Below the pieces are notes generated by a model. That model worked only from the letters and a program-made list of their open reading frames with translations, was not told the origin of the DNA and searched no databases. The position numbers and the translations under genes were made by a program. Shown piece by piece: positions 58,928 to 64,000 of a DNA stretch of 64,000 nt. Within the stretch, counting starts at the first letter, position 1. Each line of letters begins with the position of its first letter. The stretch is taken from assembly GCA_900318645.1 (NCBI GenBank), contig ONLH01000014.1, positions 17,064-81,063 of the forward strand, read 5' to 3'. The stretch comes from an uncultured Prevotellaceae bacterium. Its GTDB lineage: Bacteria > Bacteroidota > Bacteroidia > Bacteroidales > Muribaculaceae.

Positions 58928-61900
58928 CTATTGAGCCAAGCGCAAGCCAATAGCGGGATGGCGATACGTCGGCGAACAACTCATACGGTGGGAAACGCGG
59001 CAATTGACATCACCATAGCCCCATCCTCCACCACGGGTAACCCTGTTGGAGCCCGAAGCTGGACCTGTGGGATTGACCTGTGCTGCACTGCTATATGAAC
59101 CATACCAATCCTGGCACCATTCATAGACGTTACCACTCATATCATATAGGCTCAGCTCATTGGCAATCTTCAGTCCGACAGGATGGGTTGTGTAAGCACT
59201 ATTACCAGCTGTGCTAGTCTCATCATAACCACATCCCCACCAAGCGACTTCGCTGATCTTATTGCCACCGGAATACTTATAGCCCTGGCTCACACCGTCA
59301 CCACGTGCTGCATATTCCCATTCAGCCTCGGTGGGTAAGCGGAATTGCTGCCCAGTCAATTCATTCAGCTTAGTGATAAAATTCTGGCAATCATTCCAGC
59401 TGACATTTTCCACCGGTCGCTGCAAATCACCTGTAAACATGCTGGGATTGCTGCCCATGACGGCCTGCCACAGCGCCTGGGTCACTTCAGTCTGACCGAT
59501 GCTGTAATTTGATAAGGTCACCAAATGGGCCGGCTTTTCATTATTGGCCGCATCTGTGCCTTGTTCGCTGGTAGCGCCCATCGTGAACGTGCCACCCAGC
59601 ACGGGGACCATAGTGAATGAAACACCGTTTACTGTATAGACCTTTGTAGCATTTACAACGGTTACAGGCAACTGGATATAGGTGTGGCTGTCAATGTCGA
59701 TAAAGGTAACATTAGTTGTACCCTCGCCCATTCCAGTCAAGATAATCGACTCACCGTCAAGGCGACAGTCCACTATATCGGGGCAGCTACCCACACTATA
59801 ATTGCCACAACCGTTTCTGATGTTAACCCGTACTTCCTCGCCGACAGCCATGACCACCACGCTTTCAGACAGTCCCACTTGGGCATCGGTGATAAATTGG
59901 CCCGCAAGTTCCTTGACCTCGGGGACTCCAAGGGCGCGGTTATAGATACGCACCTCATCGAGGGCACCATTCATGGGATTCCACCAACTGGTGGTCTTGA
60001 AGCGGCCAAGGTACAGGTCACTGGCGTTCATCAAAGAATAGTCCACGGGGGTTATCAGGAATCTTTCCTGAATGAGATTTCCATTGACATACAGTCGTGC
60101 TTTGCGCTTGCTATAACTATAGGAAACGGCCACATGAACCCAGCGGTTCAAGTAATTGCCATTGTTCAACAGATCGCTTGATCCGATGTTGGCCCATTGA
60201 CACTGGTCACCCGTAGCACCGCACCACACGTGTAGCCCGTCATCATTGCCACTGAACATCATAGCTGGGCCTGTGCGGTCACTAGACTTGGCAAAGATAC
60301 AGTGAGAGCCATTCTCCACAATGCTGCCGGTGCCATTCATACCCTTCCAATCCATGGGCTTCACGAAGCATGAGAACGTGAAACCGTCATTGAACTGTAA
60401 AGAGGGGCTGTTGGGCACTCGAATGAAGCCAGGACTAGCCGTGCCACCGAAGCGGTACGCACCACTTTGCTCGCCTGTGACACCTGTTGTTGCGGTTACA
60501 TTAGTAGCGATACCATGGTTGCCGTTACCGCTCATGTCTTTTGCATCACCATCAAGAGGATAATAGGCCACAAGGCCGTCTTCCAAGTCAACAGTTGTCT
60601 CTCCATCCAGCAGATAGCCAATCATTGTTGTCAAATCTGTAATACTCAGTTCACCCGAATAAGGAGAATCTTGGTTGGCTAACAAGTAGTTGATTATGGA
60701 TGTCACGTCGTCGATATTGAATTTGCCATCGCCATCCTCGTCACCAAAGATCGTAGGCATAGCTGTCAAATCAACACTCTTGAGGATATTATCACCTAAT
60801 TTAATCGTTAGAACGGCATTTTGTTGTGTTATGGATGGGCTGAAAACGGGTGGTGTGTAGGTGATGTCTATATCTGCACCCTTCTCACTGCAGACGGATG
60901 ACACGGATACAGTTCTTTTTACAGTGAATCGGGACGCGTCGGGACCTATAACCATCAGTTGCAGATTGTCCTCAGGGTAATTGGCAATAGCATTGAGATG
61001 GATTGTCCTGGTCTTGGTTGTGCCATATTTAACGTGGCCGAATGCAACTTTTGCAGGATTAACAGTCAAATCCATGTTTTCATTCCTCATAAACCAGAAT
61101 CCTGCAGTGCCGTCATTGTTGATGACCATATCTGTCACGGGTTTGCCCAGATTTCCTGCATTGCCTGTAATGTCGCCATTTTCCTCTAAATAGAGTATTG
61201 TTGCCGGAGAAGAGTCATCGGTTAAGGAATTACGGGTGCCTTCGGGCCACAAGTCGCCATTTTCGGTATCATCTGATAAAACACCGTCTGCTGGCATGAT
61301 GGTCATCAACTGGATATCTTGGTCATTAGGGCGATAACCTGTTCCACCGCACCAACGATCGTGGTCATACGATACATGAGTGACCATGATGCCCTCTTCA
61401 GGAAGGAACTTGTCCCACTTTAGCTTTTTACGGTTCTCATAGATGAAGTATTCGTTGCTGTTCACATCACTAGTAACACGTACGGCTTTGTCTCCACCTT
61501 GATTCCATGCAGGAAGGGTATAGTAATGACCAGGCAAAGCTTCAGTATAATCAAACCAACCCATGAATTTTTTCTCATAAGCACTATAGCCGACAGGGGT
61601 GTTGTAATTATCACAGTGATCCCCCAGATCCATTAAACTCCATCGCCCCATTCCATATCGACCACCATAGGTTGAATCATAGAAATCCGGTAGTCCCAAG
61701 CAATGACTGAATTCATGGCAGAATGTGCCTATGCCATTAATTCCAGAAGTTTCATGATTAAGCTCATTAAAAACACCAAACTTATAGCCATAGATACCAT
61801 CTGTTATAAGATAATAGTCATCTTCTTCTTCATTGATTAAGTTACCACTACAAGGCCACACTGTATTGGTGTCATATTGATTGTCATTATTATAATTAGC

Positions 61901-62668
61901 ATATCCAGAATAAATGACCAATACCGCATCACAAAAAGTGCGTATATTATCGACTGTTTCATAAGCTTTTTCAAAAGTGGAATAATCCTTAAAATCGCCT
62001 GCATTAACAGCTAATCTAATGGCTTCTCTAACCATTTCACGAACTCGTATATCGTTTCCGTGCCCATCGTCTTCACCATAATATGGATAATCGTTAGCAA
62101 GCTTATACGGTCCCATAACCACAAATTGCGGTTGATACATATCATTAGATTGGTCTTTAAAATACTTCCCTACACTTTTTTCTCCAGTAAGCATGGACTC
62201 TTCTATTTGCTCTTTTGTGTATTTGAACGACGTATTAGGAAATTGCACTAAAATAACTGGTAAATATCTCTTACCTTTCGCAGGACAGCCATCCTCGGCA
62301 TTACTTCCACCAACACGACTTGGTGCAGTAAATCGAGTGGAAGTATTTTTGTATTCATATTTAATGTTAGTTCGCTGGGCTTCAATGAATGCAGTCTCAA
62401 CGGCAGTGCGGAATTCAGCATCGTGAGCGCGGACCAATGTACGTCCTGTCAGCGAAGAGTGATAATACAGATCGCCGTCATTACCAGTAGAAAGCATCAG
62501 TCCATCTTGTGTCAAAGTGGCGTGGCTTCTTTCGTCTCCGATTACTTGAAAAGTCACGACCTTGCCGTCACTTTGTATAAAAGTATGCCAACCAGGTTCT
62601 GCCTTATTGGCACGAGCTACAGCAATACAGGTAAAAATGATGATTATTAATAGGAATAATTTTTTCAT
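58928..62668 (-). CDS. Secreted M6-family metalloprotease with Ig-like, dockerin, LamG-like and C-terminal FGE-sulfatase (C-type lectin fold) domains
   Basis: ATG 62668; CHEFSHCLGLPDFY; GDEDGDGKFNIDDVTSIINYLL; LVAYYPLDG...LDEVRIYNRAL; FRLPTEAEWEYAARG...DMSGNVYEWCQD...RGGGW. Confidence 0.87.
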   Translation of the reverse strand: MKKLFLLIIIIFTCIAVARANKAEPGWHTFIQSDGKVVTFQVIGDERSHATLTQDGLMLSTGNDGDLYYHSSLTGRTLVRAHDAEFRTAVETAFIEAQRTNIKYEYKNTSTRFTAPSRVGGSNAEDGCPAKGKRYLPVILVQFPNTSFKYTKEQIEESMLTGEKSVGKYFKDQSNDMYQPQFVVMGPYKLANDYPYYGEDDGHGNDIRVREMVREAIRLAVNAGDFKDYSTFEKAYETVDNIRTFCDAVLVIYSGYANYNNDNQYDTNTVWPCSGNLINEEEDDYYLITDGIYGYKFGVFNELNHETSGINGIGTFCHEFSHCLGLPDFYDSTYGGRYGMGRWSLMDLGDHCDNYNTPVGYSAYEKKFMGWFDYTEALPGHYYTLPAWNQGGDKAVRVTSDVNSNEYFIYENRKKLKWDKFLPEEGIMVTHVSYDHDRWCGGTGYRPNDQDIQLMTIMPADGVLSDDTENGDLWPEGTRNSLTDDSSPATILYLEENGDITGNAGNLGKPVTDMVINNDGTAGFWFMRNENMDLTVNPAKVAFGHVKYGTTKTRTIHLNAIANYPEDNLQLMVIGPDASRFTVKRTVSVSSVCSEKGADIDITYTPPVFSPSITQQNAVLTIKLGDNILKSVDLTAMPTIFGDEDGDGKFNIDDVTSIINYLLANQDSPYSGELSITDLTTMIGYLLDGETTVDLEDGLVAYYPLDGDAKDMSGNGNHGIATNVTATTGVTGEQSGAYRFGGTASPGFIRVPNSPSLQFNDGFTFSCFVKPMDWKGMNGTGSIVENGSHCIFAKSSDRTGPAMMFSGNDDGLHVWCGATGDQCQWANIGSSDLLNNGNYLNRWVHVAVSYSYSKRKARLYVNGNLIQERFLITPVDYSLMNASDLYLGRFKTTSWWNPMNGALDEVRIYNRALGVPEVKELAGQFITDAQVGLSESVVVMAVGEEVRVNIRNGCGNYSVGSCPDIVDCRLDGESIILTGMGEGTTNVTFIDIDSHTYIQLPVTVVNATKVYTVNGVSFTMVPVLGGTFTMGATSEQGTDAANNEKPAHLVTLSNYSIGQTEVTQALWQAVMGSNPSMFTGDLQRPVENVSWNDCQNFITKLNELTGQQFRLPTEAEWEYAARGDGVSQGYKYSGGNKISEVAWWGCGYDETSTAGNSAYTTHPVGLKIANELSLYDMSGNVYEWCQDWYGSYSSAAQVNPTGPASGSNRVTRGGGWGYGDVNCRVSHRMSCSPTYRHPAIGLRLAQ

Positions 62669-62815
62669 AATACTAATACTTTTAAATTTGGTTAAAAATA
62701 TCACAGGGATTGATGAGGACCCAAAAAGATCTCAACCCCTGTGATATCAATGATTTAATATCCCTTAATGAAATATCTAAATCACGGACTTTTCATTTCC
62801 ATGAATAGTGTTCAA

Positions 62816-64000
62816 TTATTTATTGGGACGGAACTCTGTTTTCACAGGATGATTCAATGTAGCTGCCTTAGCCTTGCTGGTCAACTCACCAATGATGGAC
62901 TCAAGGATGTACTGGAAGTTGTTGAAACCATTGCTGAGGTCATCTACATGAATTACATTAGTCCAGTCGTCAAATACACCCCAATCACCAGCGTTGGTAT
63001 AACCATAATTGTAAGTCAAGTAAGGAGCAAACAGAATCAAGCGGCGTCCAGATGACATTGCATTCCACTGAGCTTCAAGGTCATCCAGCTCAACATCTGT
63101 ATAATGGCCGTAACCATCATTAATCAGATAAGGAGCATCTGTCCAGAGAATGACTACTTGACGGTGATAACCATCGTCAACACTCCAGTCTTGCTTATTG
63201 AAAGCTACTTGCAGAGCGTCAAGACCACTTTCGGGCCAGTCACCACCATCATCAGCATACAGATTGTTTACAAAACTCTTAAACTCTTCAGACTGATCGG
63301 GCAACCAGTAGGTGCTACTGGTCTGCAGCCACCTATCTCCATCGTGATACTTATCCTGGAATGCGATTACTTGAGTGTTGAGGCCAGTCAACTGGATACC
63401 GTTATTGTCACAGCATTCCTTGAATGCATCATAGAAGCCGATAGCGTTACGCTTCACAGTATTGATGATATCATACATACTACCTGTCACATCAATGCAC
63501 ATAACAACATCTACGGTCAGCATATTCTCACCAGTTCTGAATGACTTGATAACGGGATCATAGACAACCTGATCGGTGATTTCGCCATAACGGGGAACAA
63601 GACCACCGTGGTTGGCGTTATTGAATTTATAATATACACGATAGTAATAGTTGGTGTTGGGCTTCAATCCGCGGTAGTCGATGTTGAAGCTGAATTCGTC
63701 GTAAGGCTGGAAACCTGTAGCCTCAAACTCGGCTTGACCCATGAGCAACTTATCGGGGTCGGTATCGCACAGGATGCCATAAGTTCCATATTCATTGTAA
63801 GTGTTTGAGGGGCACCAGATAGAACCGCTCAAGGTGCATGAAGATCCACCCACCTTGTAAGAAGCGTCACCAGTCCACATGAAGAGGGTATTGCAAATCA
63901 TGTTCACATGATCATCATACCAGCTGCTCATGCTTTCAGAGAACTCATAGTGGCCAGATTCTCCGATAGGAAGGCTTTCAATGAATTCCTCGTCTTCAAC
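62816..64000 (-). CDS. Protein with FN3-like segment and von Willebrand factor A domain; 5' end lies beyond the window
   Basis: Frame open to the window edge; GLKPNTNYYYRVY; DVVMCIDVTGSM (MIDAS), GGDWPESGLDAL, VILWTDAP. Confidence 0.78.
   Translation of the reverse strand, partial: VEDEEFIESLPIGESGHYEFSESMSSWYDDHVNMICNTLFMWTGDASYKVGGSSCTLSGSIWCPSNTYNEYGTYGILCDTDPDKLLMGQAEFEATGFQPYDEFSFNIDYRGLKPNTNYYYRVYYKFNNANHGGLVPRYGEITDQVVYDPVIKSFRTGENMLTVDVVMCIDVTGSMYDIINTVKRNAIGFYDAFKECCDNNGIQLTGLNTQVIAFQDKYHDGDRWLQTSSTYWLPDQSEEFKSFVNNLYADDGGDWPESGLDALQVAFNKQDWSVDDGYHRQVVILWTDAPYLINDGYGHYTDVELDDLEAQWNAMSSGRRLILFAPYLTYNYGYTNAGDWGVFDDWTNVIHVDDLSNGFNNFQYILESIIGELTSKAKAATLNHPVKTEFRPNK

Overview
64-kb chromosomal segment from a Bacteroidales bacterium. 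Evidence: TAnnTTTG promoters, Bacteroidetes-type operons, T9SS-type C-terminal domains and dockerin-rich surface proteins; a gut/rumen Muribaculaceae-like lineage is my inference. The housekeeping backbone is uvrA-MltD-like transglycosylase, mreBCD-mrdA-rodA, a DUF4105 gene, secA, tRNA-Thr, a DUF4270 gene, a glycogen-synthase-domain gene, nagA, tRNA-His, pepC, prmC-ribD-DUF6242-DUF6089-uppS-bamA-ompH-ompH, DUF4492-cydAB and DUF2027-Smr. Small lower-GC accessory inserts with no integrase or transposase interrupt it: (i) a 3.66-kb islet bracketed by a perfect 51-bp duplication of the secA 3' end, carrying yefM-yoeB and two cohesin/dockerin genes; (ii) three solitary AAA-ATPase/PD-(D/E)XK genes, each with its own upstream repeat or palindrome, one bracketed by four copies of a ~70-bp palindromic repeat whose linker hairpin shows a compensatory base change; (iii) a rhomboid-fusion gene plus a protease-less paralog; (iv) a family of secreted cohesin-like/dockerin proteins with non-CAZyme cargo (LRR, M6 protease, LamG, FGE/C-type-lectin fold, SusE/F-like), suggesting a cellulosome-like but non-cellulolytic surface assembly, one member ending in a DGR-like variable region; (v) nested MITE/REP-like palindromes. 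No CRISPR array, rRNA, prophage or reverse transcriptase was seen. All domain calls come from motif recognition by eye, not from database searches.
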